A stretch of 64,000 bases of DNA, from contig NC_086097.1 of the NCBI RefSeq assembly GCF_963921235.1, positions 54,748,001-54,812,000 of the forward strand. Direction: 5' to 3'. A model generated the notes under the pieces. The model did no database searches. It was not told the origin of the DNA and saw only the letters and a program-made list of their open reading frames with translations. The translations under genes were made by a program, and so were the position numbers. This DNA comes from Mobula hypostoma (Eukaryota). Below are positions 40,252-52,315 of this stretch, piece after piece; positions within the stretch are counted from its first letter, which is position 1; every line of letters begins with the position of its first letter.

Positions 40252-41604
40252 ATGAAAGCAATGTCACATCAAACAGGAGCAGCAGCTCATAACTTGGATG
40301 TAAAACCCAAGGATGGCCAGGGGAAAAATATTGATCGTAGGGATGGTTATGCTTGGAGTGGCAAGAAACGTTCACGCACTTCCAAGATAGATACTAGTTC
40401 AGATGGTGAGGTTGGGGATGTTGCTGGCATATTGTCGATAACTCCGAGAAGGGAGAGGAAATGGAGTTCCCCTGTGCCTGATCTGGATCTTGAAGATTCA
40501 TGTTCTCGCAAGCTTTCTAGTCGATCACTGAAGCAAAAGATACAAGATGCAGTTGCTCAGTGTTTTCCCCTTAAGGCGAATAATCATAAAAACTCTGTAG
40601 CTTTAATTTCAAAAAGTAAAATCCACATTAATGATCTAGTCAATAGTTGTCCGTTTCCAGCTGGAATGGAGCTGGCTGAAAAATGGGACTTAATTAATTG
40701 GCATACAATTCCATTAACTCAAAACTGTGACATTTGGGAAGGCTCAGCAGTAGGATTTGGTGAAGAAGAGCCGGGAGAAGGATGCAGAATGAGTGTTGAA
40801 CTGGAGGTGAATCCATCAGATACACAGATTCACAACCTGGAAGTGATTTCTCGGATTAATGCATTACACGGACAAGACTCTGAGGTGGAGTCTGGAATAA
40901 CTGAATTAGCAGGTGACAGTGGTATTACATTTCCGTCAAATGATTCAGACTCTGACGAGGAGCTGATGGCTCTTTTCACAGACACTGAAAGTCAGGCAAA
41001 TACCAAGCTGGATTTTGAGAATGAGTGCAATTGGCTAACACCATTTCATAAATGCCAGGCTCAGTTCGGCTTCACCTACTGCTTAGTCCCAGATCTATTT
41101 CGGATCAGTAATAATCCGTGTTACTGGGGTGTAATGGATAGATATGGAGCTGAGGCTCTGTTAGAAGGTAAACCAGAAGGTACGTACTTGCTGAGGGACT
41201 CTGCTCAGGAGGATTATCTCTTCTCTGTCAGCTTCAGACGTTACAGCCGCTCTCTTCATGCTAGAATTGAACAGTGGAATCATAACTTCAGTTTTGATGC
41301 TCATGATCCCTGTGTTTTTCATGCACCAAGTGTAACAGGCCTCTTAGAACATTACAGCGACCCAAACTCATGTATGTTCTTTGAGCCACTGTTGTCGCTT
41401 CCACTAAACAGGACTTTTCCATTTTCACTTCAGCATCTTTGCAGAGCTGTCATTTGCAGCCACACAACCTATGACGGTATTGGTGCTCTTCCTGTACCAC
41501 CATCAATGAAAACCTACCTGAAGGAGTATCACTATAAACAAAAAATAAAAGTACTTAAGATAAGTACACAACAATGGCATAGTGGATTGAAAGGAAACTA
41601 TTGA
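40252..41604 (+). CDS. SOCS4: Suppressor of cytokine signaling 4 (single coding exon; acceptor at 40100)
   Basis: 450 aa; SOCS4-type N-terminus (DRRDGYAWSGKK, RSLKQKIQDAVAQCFP); SH2 domain (YWGVMDRY...LLRDS); SOCS box (FSLQHLCR...YLKEYHY); WDHD1 adjacency favours SOCS4 over SOCS5. Confidence 0.96.
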   Translation: MKAMSHQTGAAAHNLDVKPKDGQGKNIDRRDGYAWSGKKRSRTSKIDTSSDGEVGDVAGILSITPRRERKWSSPVPDLDLEDSCSRKLSSRSLKQKIQDAVAQCFPLKANNHKNSVALISKSKIHINDLVNSCPFPAGMELAEKWDLINWHTIPLTQNCDIWEGSAVGFGEEEPGEGCRMSVELEVNPSDTQIHNLEVISRINALHGQDSEVESGITELAGDSGITFPSNDSDSDEELMALFTDTESQANTKLDFENECNWLTPFHKCQAQFGFTYCLVPDLFRISNNPCYWGVMDRYGAEALLEGKPEGTYLLRDSAQEDYLFSVSFRRYSRSLHARIEQWNHNFSFDAHDPCVFHAPSVTGLLEHYSDPNSCMFFEPLLSLPLNRTFPFSLQHLCRAVICSHTTYDGIGALPVPPSMKTYLKEYHYKQKIKVLKISTQQWHSGLKGNY

Positions 41605-43809
41605 AGGTTACAAGAAAGATTAAGAAGGATCACCAGGAGCTTCTCTCCACCATTAAAAAAAACTTGGAACAGTTTTAAATAGGAGATTACTGGTAATAAT
41701 TTTCTCCCATCAGAAATTTTGTTTGAAGACTGTTAACTTCCATTCTTTATTCATGTGCTTGTTATTTTTTCCATCTCAACAGTGCAATGAAACATAATGT
41801 ACCTTGTCTGATCTGACAAATCATTTGTGCTTATCTTCTACAGTCCATGACATTTTGGCGTTTTTGCCAGTAATATATTCTAGTGTCATGTTGGAATGCA
41901 GTTTCAAGACAATGAATTTGTTTCTGAAGCCATGACCATCACGCTAAAGTGTACGTTTAGAAGTTCACGAAAATGTTGGCATGTGTATCAATTTTATTTG
42001 CACTTTAAAAGACGTTCATATATCTAATTTTCTAAGTTATCTGATGCTTTAAGTATGTGACATACACTATTGCAATGTAATTTTTAAATTAATTTTGAGT
42101 AAAACCTCTGAGAGAAATATTGTTCTTATGTTTTGTATTGAATTATGCAACTTGTAAGTCAAGTATTAGTATATCCAACATTGACAAGTATCCATCTTTA
42201 TGTTGTAATCCCCAAACAGTCCAACAAATGGTTAGGGAAGCAACTTTCTAAATGAGAAGGATTAGAGGATACTTGACGAGGACACCCTTCAGTTTTTAGA
42301 CATTCAGGCAGAGCTCCAGAAGATGACAGTAACATGGTATCACCTAAACTTGCAAGAGTTTTTTTTAAATATATATGTGTTTCCGGTGACAGCACTTACC
42401 ATTTCACTTTGTAGATCGTGTTTTATTTCATCAAAACATTGTGCTGAAATATTTTTCATCTGGCCCCATTTTTTTTGGATCACTTTGCCTTATTCTTTGG
42501 CACGCATGCATTAAAGACCATAAGATATATAGGAGCAGAATTAGGCCATTTCATCATGGCTGATCCATTTTCTCTCTCAGCCCCAACCTTCTGCCTTCTC
42601 CACATATCCCTTCATGCCCTAACCAATCAAGAATCTAGCAACCTCTGCCTTAAATATACATCAAGATTTGGCCTCCATAGCCACCTGATGCAATTAGTTA
42701 AACAGTTTCACCACGCTGTGGCTGAAGAAATTTCAACTTATCTTCATTCTAAAAGGACGCCCCTCTATTCTGAGGCTGTGTCCTCTAGTCCTTGACACTC
42801 CCACCATAGGAAACTTTCTCTCCATATCCACTCCATCGACGCCTTTCAACATTTGATAGGTTTCAATGAGTTCCCCCTCATTCTTCTGAATTCTAGCGAA
42901 TACAGGCCAAGAGCCATCAAACGCTATTCATTTGACAAGCCATTCAATCCTGAAATCTCTTTTGTGAACCTCCTTTGAACCCTCTCCAGTGTCAGCACAT
43001 CCTTTCTAAGATAAGGGACCCAAAACTGCTCACAATGCTCCAAATGAGGCCTCACCAGTGCTTTATAAAGCCTCAATATTATATTCTATTCTTCTTGAAA
43101 TGAATGCTAATATTGCATTTGCTTTCCTTGCCACCGACTCAATCTTAATGAGCCAGATTTGATAAGGGAACTTGAGATAAAGGAGCCATTAGGAGGTAGT
43201 GACCATAATATGGTAAGTTTTAATCTACAATTTGAGAGAGAGAAGGGAAGATTGGAAGTGTCAGTATTACAGTTGAACAAAGGGGATTATGGACACATGA
43301 GGGAGGAGCTGGCAAAAGTTGACTGGAAAGATACCCTAGCAGGGATTACAGTGGAACAACAATGGCAGGTACTTCTGGGAATAATACAGAAGATGCAGGA
43401 TCAGTTCATTCCAAAGAGGAAGAAAGATTCTAAGGGGAGTAAGGGGCGACCATGGATGACAAGGGAAGTCAAGGACAGTATAAAAATAAAAGAGAGGAAG
43501 TATAACATAGCAAGGATGAGTGGGAAGCCAGAGGATTGGGAGACTTTTAAGGAGTAACAGAAGTTAACTAAAAAGGCAATACGAGGAAAAGATGAGGTAC
43601 GAAGGTAAGCTAGCCAAAAATATAAAGGAGGATAGTAAAAGCTTCTTTAGGTATGTGAAGAGGAAAAAATTAGTTAAGACCAAAATTGGGCCCTTGAAGA
43701 TAGAAACGGGTGAAATTATTATGGGGAACAAGGAAATGGCAGACGAGCTGAACAGGTACTTTGGATCTGTCTTCACTAGGGAAGACACAAACAATCTCCC
43801 AGATGTAAT

Positions 43810-45049
43810 TCCTTCTCACAATTCCTCCGTCTCCGCCGCATCTGCTCTCAGGATGAGGCTTTTCATTCTAGGACGAGGGAGATGTCTTCATTTTTTAAAG
43901 AAAGGGGCTTCCCTTCCTCCACTATCAACTCTGCTCTTAAACGCATCTCCCCCATTTCACGTACATCTGCTCTCACTCCATCCTCCCACCACCCCACTAG
44001 GAATAGGGTTCCCCTGGTCCTCACCTACCACCCCACCAGCCTCCGGGTCCAACATATTATTCTCCGTAACTTCCGCCACCTCCAACGGGATCCCACCACT
44101 AAGCATATCTTTCCCTCCCCCCCTCTCTCTGCATTCCGCAGGGATCGCTCCCTACACAACTCCCTTGTCCATTCGTCCCCCCCATCCCTCCCCACTGATC
44201 TCCCTCCTGGCACTTATCCGTGTAAGCAGAACAAGTGCTACACATGCCCTTACACTTCCTCCCTTACCACCATTCTGGGCCCCAAACAGTCCTTCCAGGT
44301 GAGGCATCACTTCACCTGTGAGTCGACTGGGGTGATATACTGCGTCCGGTGCTCCCGATGTGGCCTTTTATATATTGGTGAGACCCGACGCAGACTGGGA
44401 GACCGCTTTGCTGAACATCTACGCTCTGTCCGCCAGAGAAAGCAGAATCTCCCAGTGGCCACACATTTTAATTCCACATCCCATTCCCATTCTGACATGT
44501 CTATCCACGGCCTCCTCTACTGTAAAGATGAAGCCACACTCAGGTTGGAGGAACAACACCTTATATTCCGTATGGGTAGCCTCCAACCTGATGGCATGAA
44601 CATTGACTTCTCTAACTTCCGCTAGGCCCCACCTCCCCCTCGTACCCCATCTGTTACTCTTTTTTATGCACACATTCTTTCTCTCACTCTCCTTTTTCTC
44701 CCTCTGTCCCTCTGAATATACCTCTTGCCCATCCTCTGGGTCACCCCCCCCCGTCTTTCTTCCTGGACCTCCTGTCCCATGATCCTCTCGTATCCCCTTC
44801 TGCCTATCACCTGTCCAGCTCTCGGCTCCATCCCTCCCCCTCCTGTCTTCTCCTATCATTTTGCATCTCCCCCTCCCCCTCCAGCTTTCAAATCCCTTAC
44901 TCACTCTTCCTTCAGTTAGTCCTGACGAAGGGTCTCGGCCTGAAACGTCGACTGCGCCTCTCCCTATAGATGCTGCCTGGCCTGCTGCGTTCACCAGCAA
45001 CTTTGATGTATGTTGCTTGAATTTCCAGCATCTGCAGAATTCCTGTTGT
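43810..45049 (+). mobile_element. 5'-truncated Penelope-like element inside the plus CR1
   Basis: ORF 43882-44625 with Cys-rich linker and VIYC...YIGET endonuclease; 13-bp TSD TCCCAGATGTAAT (43797-43809, 45050-45062). Confidence 0.95.
44918..44953 (+). ncRNA. Minimal type I hammerhead ribozyme
   Basis: Identical 36-mer in the PLE 3' pLTR. Confidence 0.85.
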
Positions 45050-47769
45050 TCCCAGATGTAATGGTGGCCAGAGGACCTAGGGTAACAGAGGTACTGAAGA
45101 AAATTCACATCAGGCACAAAATGGTGTTGGGTAAACTGATGGGACTGAAGGTTGATAAATCCCCAGGGCCTGATGGTCTGCATCCCAGGGTACTTAAGGA
45201 AGTGGCTCTAGAAATCGTGGACGCATTGGTAATCATTTTCCAACGTTCTATAGATTCAGGATCAGTTCCTGCGGATTGGAGGGTAGCTAATGTTATCCCA
45301 CTTTTTAAGAAAGGAGGGAGAGAGAAAACAGGCAATTACAGACCAGTTAGTCTGACATCAGTGGTGGGGAAAATGCTGGAATCAATTATAAAAGATGTAA
45401 TAGCGACATTTTTGGATAGCAGTGGCAGGATAGGTCCAAGTCAGCATGGATTTACGAAGGGGATATCATGCTTGACTAATCTGGAATTTTTTGAGAATGT
45501 AACTATGAAAATGGACATGGGAAAGCCAGTGGATGTAGTGTACCTGGACTTTCAGAAAGCCTTTGATAAGGTCCCACATAGGAGGTTAGTGTGCAAAATT
45601 AGAGCAAATGGTATTGGGGGTAGGGTACTGAGATGGATAGAAAATTGGTTGGCAGACAGGAAACAAAGAGTAGGGATTAATGGGTCCTTTTCAGAATGGC
45701 AGGCAGTGTCTAATTAGTTATGAGAATGCAGGGTGACTTGGACAGGTTGGGTGAGTGGGCAGATGCAGTTTAATGTGGATAAATGTGAGGTTATCCACTT
45801 TGGTAGCAAGAACAGGAAGGCTGATTACTATCTGAATGGTGTCAAGTTAGGAAAAGGGGAAGTGCAACGAGATCTGGGTGTTTGTTCATCAGTCACTGAA
45901 AGTAAGCATGCAGGTACAGCAGGCAGTGAAGAAAGCTAATGGCATGCTGGCCTTCATAACAAGGGGAATTGAGTATAGGAGCAAAGAGGTCCTGCAGTTG
46001 TACAGGGCCCTGGTGAGACCACACCTGGAGTATTGTGTACAGTTTTGGTCTCCAAATTTGAAGAAGGACATTCTAGCTATTGAGGGAGTGCAGCATAGGT
46101 TCACGAGGTTAATTCCCGGGATGAAGGGACTGTCATATGTTGAAAGATTGGAGTGACTGGGGTTGTATACACTGGAATTTGGAAGGCTGAGAGGGGATCT
46201 GATTGAAACATATAAGATTATTAAGGGATTGGACACGCTAGAGGCAGGAAACATGGCCCCGATGTTGGGGGAGTCCAGAACCAGAGGCCACAGTTTAAGA
46301 ATAAGGGGTAGACAATATAGAACGTAGTTGAGGAAAAGTTTTCACACAGAGGGTTGTGGTTCTGTGGAATGCTCTGCCTCAGAAGGTAGTGGAGGTCAAT
46401 TCTCTGGATACTTTCAAAAAAGAGTTAGATAGAGCTCCTAAAGATAGTGGAGTGAAGGGATATGGGGAGAAGGCAGGAAAAGGGTACTGATTGTGGATGA
46501 TCAGCCATGATCACAGTGAATTGTTTTGCTGGTTTGAAGGGCTGAATGGCCTACTCCTGCACCTATTTTCTATTGTCTAACCTGCAAATTAATCTTTAGG
46601 GAATCCTGCACAAGGACTCCCAAGTCCCGTTGCACCTCAGATTTTTGAATTCAGTAAATAGTCTACCCTTATATTTCTTCTACCAAAGTGCATGACCGTA
46701 CACTCCCCAACACTATTCCATCTGCCACTTCTTTGCCCATTATCTGAATCTGCCCAAGTGGAAAATTGTCCATACTGATGTTTTTGCCCAACTACACCGA
46801 TCCCTTTTGCCTGCATTATGTCTGTATCCCATTCTTTGTCCATTCAAGTACTTACTTAAATCTCTTAAACATGATGTTTATCATAGAGCTGAAAAGCACA
46901 GATACAAACACTTTGGCCCACTACATCCATGCCTACCTTTTTGTATTCTTATTTTTATTAGTTCCTCTGGCAGTAACTTCCAAATATCAATTATTCAGTC
47001 TAAAAAGGTTTGCCTCAAATTCTGTTGTAACCCCTTTCCTCTCATCTAAACCCATGCCATCTTAGTTCTAATGCCCCTACCATGGCAAAAAAAGGATTCT
47101 GATGATTTACCATATCTATGCTTCTTGTGTACCTCTATCAGATCATCTTCAGCCACCTTTACCTGCTTGCGAACACTATTGTTAATTAATCATTGATTCT
47201 CGCGTGAGTTGCCATTCAGGTTCAAATATATAGTCAAAATATATATATATTTCATTCGCTGCTGTGCTCCCTCCTGAAAGGATTCTGAGAAGAAAGGACA
47301 AGCATCTCTAATGCAGCTTTCACTGGCCAACATTTGTACAGGATAGGGAAGGATAGAGACTGCATTCAGTTGTGTGATTCCTTGCAACTTTTTGCTTGCA
47401 CTTCAGTAGCTTTTTCACAACACTTACTAATTTTCTTCTTTCAGGATTTTTTTATGATTACAGAGTTTTATATTTTGAAATATTGTCACTGTTGTCGTAA
47501 AGCAAATATGATACTCAGTTGCATAAGCCAAGCATCTATAAATATAGATCTTAATAATTAGTTTTAGTAATTGAGACTGAACATACAACATACACAGCAT
47601 AGGAACAGGCCCTGTGATGTTGTGCTGAATCAACATGAGCCTAATTAAAACAATTCCCTCTGGCTGCACGTAAGGAAAGGTAGCCAGGACACCCATGATA
47701 GAGTTTAACCTCCATCACCGACGCCCCACCCACCAACAGCTGCAGCAGACCTGCCTGCAGGGATATTGC

Positions 47770-48650
47770 TCCCCCTAGAGTTCAGGTTTAACCTGTAATT
47801 TTTGTACAGGTCATACCTTCCCCAGAAGAGATCTCCAATGGTCCAGAAATCTGAAATCCTGCCCCCTGCACTAATTCCTCAGACACGCATTCATCTGCTA
47901 AATCTCCCTATTCTTACTCTCGCTGGTGCATGGTACAGATAGCAATCCAGAGATTACTACTCTGGAGGTCCTGCTTTTCAGCTTTCTGCCTAACTCTTTT
48001 CAGGACTTCATACCTTTTCCTGCCTAGGTCGCTGGTAGCAATGTGTACCATGACTTACCGTTATTCACCCTCCTCTAGAATGCTGCGGACCCGATCCAAG
48101 ACATCCTTGACCCTGGCACCTGGGAGGCAATTTACCTCATGTCTACAGAATCACTTGTCTACTTTTTAAAGTCTGGATTTCCCTATCACTACTGCATCTC
48201 CTCTTTTCCCACTCTTCCCTTCTAAGCCACACAAGCGGACTCAGTGCGAGACCCAGTCACGTTAGTTTCTCTCGGTATGTCATTACCCTCCCCCCCCCCG
48301 CCACAAAAGTGTCCAAAGTGATATACTTATTATTGAGGGGGTGGCCACAGGGGTACTCTGCACTGATTGCCTGATCCCAATCCCTCTCCCTCTCCCTCTC
48401 CCTCTCCAGTCAGTCACCCAGCTACCTGACTCCTGCAATTTAGGAGTGACTACCTCCCTATAGTTCCTGTCTATCACCACCGTATTCTCCTGTTTGAGCC
48501 GAAAATTAGCGAGCTGTGGCTCCAGTTTCTTAACATGGTCTGTAAGGAGCTGCAGCTCGTTTCACCTCTTGCGTATGTGGCAATCAGGGAAAGTGGAGGT
48601 CTCCTAGAGTCCCCAGATCTCTCACAAAGAACTGACCACTGATCCTTGGA
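47770..48650 (-). mobile_element. CR1 5' (ORF1) fragment
   Basis: Reverse-complement similarity to 10900-11760 (YREVVTP, esterase region). Confidence 0.75.
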
Positions 48651-49432
48651 GCAACTCACACTGCACTGGCAATGTACCAACAAAGAGAGAAAAAAGCAAC
48701 TTCCGTGGACCTTCATCCTTTCTCGTCAAAACCTGGTCACTCTTCGCAATGTCCACTCACACAATGCCTGCTCTCCTTACACCTCGTGTCTTCATTGCCC
48801 TGTGCCGAGTGCCTGATCGATCGTTATGATTGCAACCCGCAGAAAAGTCTCAAAAGGCTCTGAGCCCCTGTGAAACCTCATGCACCTCAGCCAAACAAGT
48901 GAGTGCTTGCAATGATTGAAGCCCGCCGAAAAATTGCAAAAGCATTGCTGTAACTCACCTAAAATGTTTTCAATAAATGTGCAGTTTTCTTTACTCTGTA
49001 GCTATAAATCAGACACTTATTCAATCCATGATGTCAATCTTCCTAAAATGTATTTTATAAAGTTGTTGCTACTGTCATTTCAAATAAAGCCAAATATTTG
49101 ACTTAGCCCAATTTCCTGTGATCACATCTGCCAGGAATTATGTTTTTGCCATTTAAAATTTGACATGCAGAATCACTAAAGTAACTTAGAAACGAAACAA
49201 CATTGAAATGCTCTTGTGAGGATGGAAAGGGAAGCTTTTAGGTTATCTCTAAAGTCTGGATTATTGATTAAGAGATCAATGTAGCATCACTTCATATATC
49301 CCAAAATAATACCCTACTTGTAAAACAAATCTCTATTGACATTTAGAGAAGAAATAAGTTCTATATTGAGCAACACACATCAAAGTTGCTGGTGAACGCA
49401 GCAGGCCAGGCAGCATCTATAGGAAGAGGCGC

Positions 49433-49468
49433 AGTCGACGTTTCAGGCCGAGACCCTTCGTCAGGACT
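49433..49468 (-). ncRNA. Minimal type I hammerhead ribozyme
   Basis: Identical 36-mer on the minus strand. Confidence 0.85.
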
Positions 49469-50701
49469 AACTGAAGGAAGAGTGAGTAAGGGATTTGAAA
49501 GCTGGAGGGGGAGGGGGAGATGCAAAATGATAGGAGAAGACAGGAGGGGGAGGGATAGAGCCGAGAGCTGGACAGGTGATAGGCAAAAGGGGAATCGAGA
49601 GGATCATGGGACAGGAGGTCCGGGAAGAAAGACGGGGGGGGGGTGACCCAGAGGATGGGCAAGAGGTATATTCAGAGGGACAGAGGGAGAAAAAGGAGAG
49701 TGAGAGAAAGAATGTGTGCATAAAAATGAGTAACAGCTGGGGTACGAGGGGGAGGTGGGGCCTAGCGGAAGTTAGAGAAGTCAATGTTCATGCCATCAGG
49801 TTGGAGGCTACCCAGACGGAATATAAGGTGTTGTTCCTCCAACCTGAGTGTGGCTTCATCTTTACAGTAGAGGAGGCCGTGGATAGACATGTCAGAATGG
49901 GAATGGGATGTGGAATTAAAATGTGTGGCCACTGGGAGATTCTGCTTTCTCTGGCGGACAGAGCGTAGATGTTCAGCAAAGCGGTCTCCCAGTCTGCATC
50001 GGGTCTCACCAATATATAAAAGGCCACATCGGGAGCACCGGACGCAGTATATCACCCCAGTCGACTCACAGGTGAAGTGATGCCTCACCTGGAAGGACTG
50101 TTTGGGGCCCTGAATGGTGGTAAGGGAGGAAGTGTAAGGGCATGTGTAGCACTTGTTCCGCTTACACGGATAAGTGCCAGGAGGGAGATCAGTGGGGAGG
50201 GATGGGGGGGACGAATGGACAAGGGAGTTGTGTAGGGAGCGATCCCTGCGGAATGCAGAGAGAGGGGGGGAGGGAAAGATGTGCTTAGTGGTGGGATCCC
50301 GTTGGAGGTGGCGGAAGTTACGGAGAATAATATGTTGGACCCGGAGGCTGGTGGGGTGTTAGGTGAGGACCAGGGGAACCCTATTCCTAGTGGGGTGGTG
50401 GGAGGATGGAGTGAGAGCAGATGTACGTGAAATGGGGGAGATGCGTTTAAGAGCAGAGTTGATAGTGGAGGAAGGGAAGCCCCTTTCTTTAAAAAATGAA
50501 GACATCTCCCTCGTCCTAGAATGAAAAGCCTCATCCTGAGAGCAGATGCGGCGGAGACGGAGGAATTGCGAGAAGGGGATGGCATTTTTGCAAGAGACAG
50601 GGTGAGAAGAGGAATAGTCCAGATAGCTGTGAGAGTCAGTAGGCTTATAGTAGACATCAGTGGATAAGCTGTCTCCAGAGACAGAGACAGAAAGATCTAG
50701 A

Positions 50702-51985
50702 CCTAATCAGTTCCCCTCTACCACCACTCTGCTCCGTCTAGCAGAATTAGTCCTTACTCTTAATAATTTCTCCTTTGGCTCCTCCCACTTCCTCCAAACT
50801 AAAGGTGTAGCTATGGGCACCCGTATGGGTCCTAGCTATGCCTGCCTTTTTGTTGGCTTTGTGGAACAATCTATGTTCCGTGCCTATTCTGGTATCTGTC
50901 CCCCACTTTTCCTTCGCTACATCGACGACTGCATTGGCGCTGCTTCCTGCACGCATGCAGAGCTCGTTGACTTTATTAACTTTGCCTCCAACTTTCACCC
51001 TGCCCTCAAGTTTACCTGGTCCATTTCCGACACCTCCCTCCCCTTTCTAGATCTTTCTGTCTCTGTCTCTGGAGACAGCTTATCCACTGATGTCTACTAT
51101 AAGCCTACTGACTCTCACAGCTATCTGGACTATTCCTCTTCTCACCCTGTCTCTTGCAAAAATGCCATCCCCTTCTCGCAATTCCTCCGTCTCCGCCGCA
51201 TCTGCTCTCAGGATGAGGCTTTTCATTCTAGGACGAGGGAGATGTCTTCATTTTTTAAAGAAAGGGGCTTCCCTTCCTCCACTATCAACTCTGCTCTTAA
51301 ACGCATCTCCCCCATTTCACGTACATCTGCTCTCACTCCATCCTCCCACCACCCCACTAGGAATAGGGTTCCCCTGGTCCTCACCTACCACCCCACCAGC
51401 CTCCGGGTCCAACATATTATTCTCCGTAACTTCCGCCACCTCCAACGGGATCCCACCACTAAGCACATCTTTCCCTCCCCCCCTCTCTCTGCATTCCGCA
51501 GGGATCGCTCCCTACACAACTCCCTTGTCCATTCGTTCCCCCCATCCCTCCCCACTGATCTCCCTCCTGGCACTTATCCGTGTAAGCGGAACAAGTGCTA
51601 CACATGTCCTTACACTTCCTCCCTTACCACCATTCTGGGCCCCAAACAGTCCTTCCAGGTGAGGCATCACTTCACCTGTGAGTCGACTGGGGTGATATAC
51701 TGCGTCCGGTGCTCCCGATGTGGCCTTTTATATATTGGTGAGACCCGACGCAGACTGGGAGACCGCTTTGCTGAACATCTACGCTCTGTCCGCCAGAGAA
51801 AGCAGGATCTCCCAGTGGCCACACATTTTAATTCCACATCCCATTCCCATTCTGACATGTCTATCCACGGCCTCCTCTACTGTAAAGATGAAGCCACACT
51901 CAGGTTGGAGGAACAACACCTTATATTCCGTCTGGGTAGCCTCCAACCTGATGGCATGAACATTGACTTCTCTAACTTCCGCTAG
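50702..51985 (+). CDS. PLE RT + GIY-YIG ORF, 5'-truncated but uninterrupted
   Basis: QTKGVAMG, YIDD, LPFLD, VYYKPT RT motifs; CKRNKCYTC linker; VIYC...YIGET...RFAEH...LEEQ endonuclease. Confidence 0.92.
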   Translation, partial: PNQFPSTTTLLRLAELVLTLNNFSFGSSHFLQTKGVAMGTRMGPSYACLFVGFVEQSMFRAYSGICPPLFLRYIDDCIGAASCTHAELVDFINFASNFHPALKFTWSISDTSLPFLDLSVSVSGDSLSTDVYYKPTDSHSYLDYSSSHPVSCKNAIPFSQFLRLRRICSQDEAFHSRTREMSSFFKERGFPSSTINSALKRISPISRTSALTPSSHHPTRNRVPLVLTYHPTSLRVQHIILRNFRHLQRDPTTKHIFPSPPLSAFRRDRSLHNSLVHSFPPSLPTDLPPGTYPCKRNKCYTCPYTSSLTTILGPKQSFQVRHHFTCESTGVIYCVRCSRCGLLYIGETRRRLGDRFAEHLRSVRQRKQDLPVATHFNSTSHSHSDMSIHGLLYCKDEATLRLEEQHLIFRLGSLQPDGMNIDFSNFR

Positions 51986-52279
51986 GCCCCACCTCCCCCT
52001 CGTACCCCAGCTGTTACTCATTTTTATGCACACATTCTTTCTCTCACTCTCCTTTTTCTCCCTCTGTCCCTCTGAATATACCTCTTGCCCATCCTCTGGG
52101 TCACCCCCCCCCCCGTCTTTCTTCCCGGACCTCCTGTCCCATGATCCTCTCGTATCCCCTTTTGCCTATCACCTGTCCAGCTCTCGGCTCTATCCCTCCC
52201 CCTCCTGTCTTCTCCTATCATTTTGCATCTCCCCCTCCCCCTCCAGCTTTCAAATCCCTTACTCACTCTTCCTTCAGTT

Positions 52280-52315
52280 AGTCCTGACGAAGGGTCTCGG
52301 CCTGAAACGTCGACT
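52280..52315 (+). ncRNA. Minimal type I hammerhead ribozyme
   Basis: Identical 36-mer in the 3' pLTR. Confidence 0.85.

Larger units (their letters stand above)
42510..46760. mobile_element. Nested CR1 (minus, ~42510-43143 and ~46578-46760) interrupted by CR1 (plus, ~43145-46577)
   Basis: Plus copy has APE-end SDHN, RT (KSPGPDG, YLDFQKAFD) and a 3' tail; the minus copy's sequence resumes on both sides. Confidence 0.85.

Noticed and set aside
50660..50701. N-terminus of the 441-aa ORF as a real start
   Set aside because: It comes from the inverted arm reading across the junction; the element is 5'-truncated and not autonomous.
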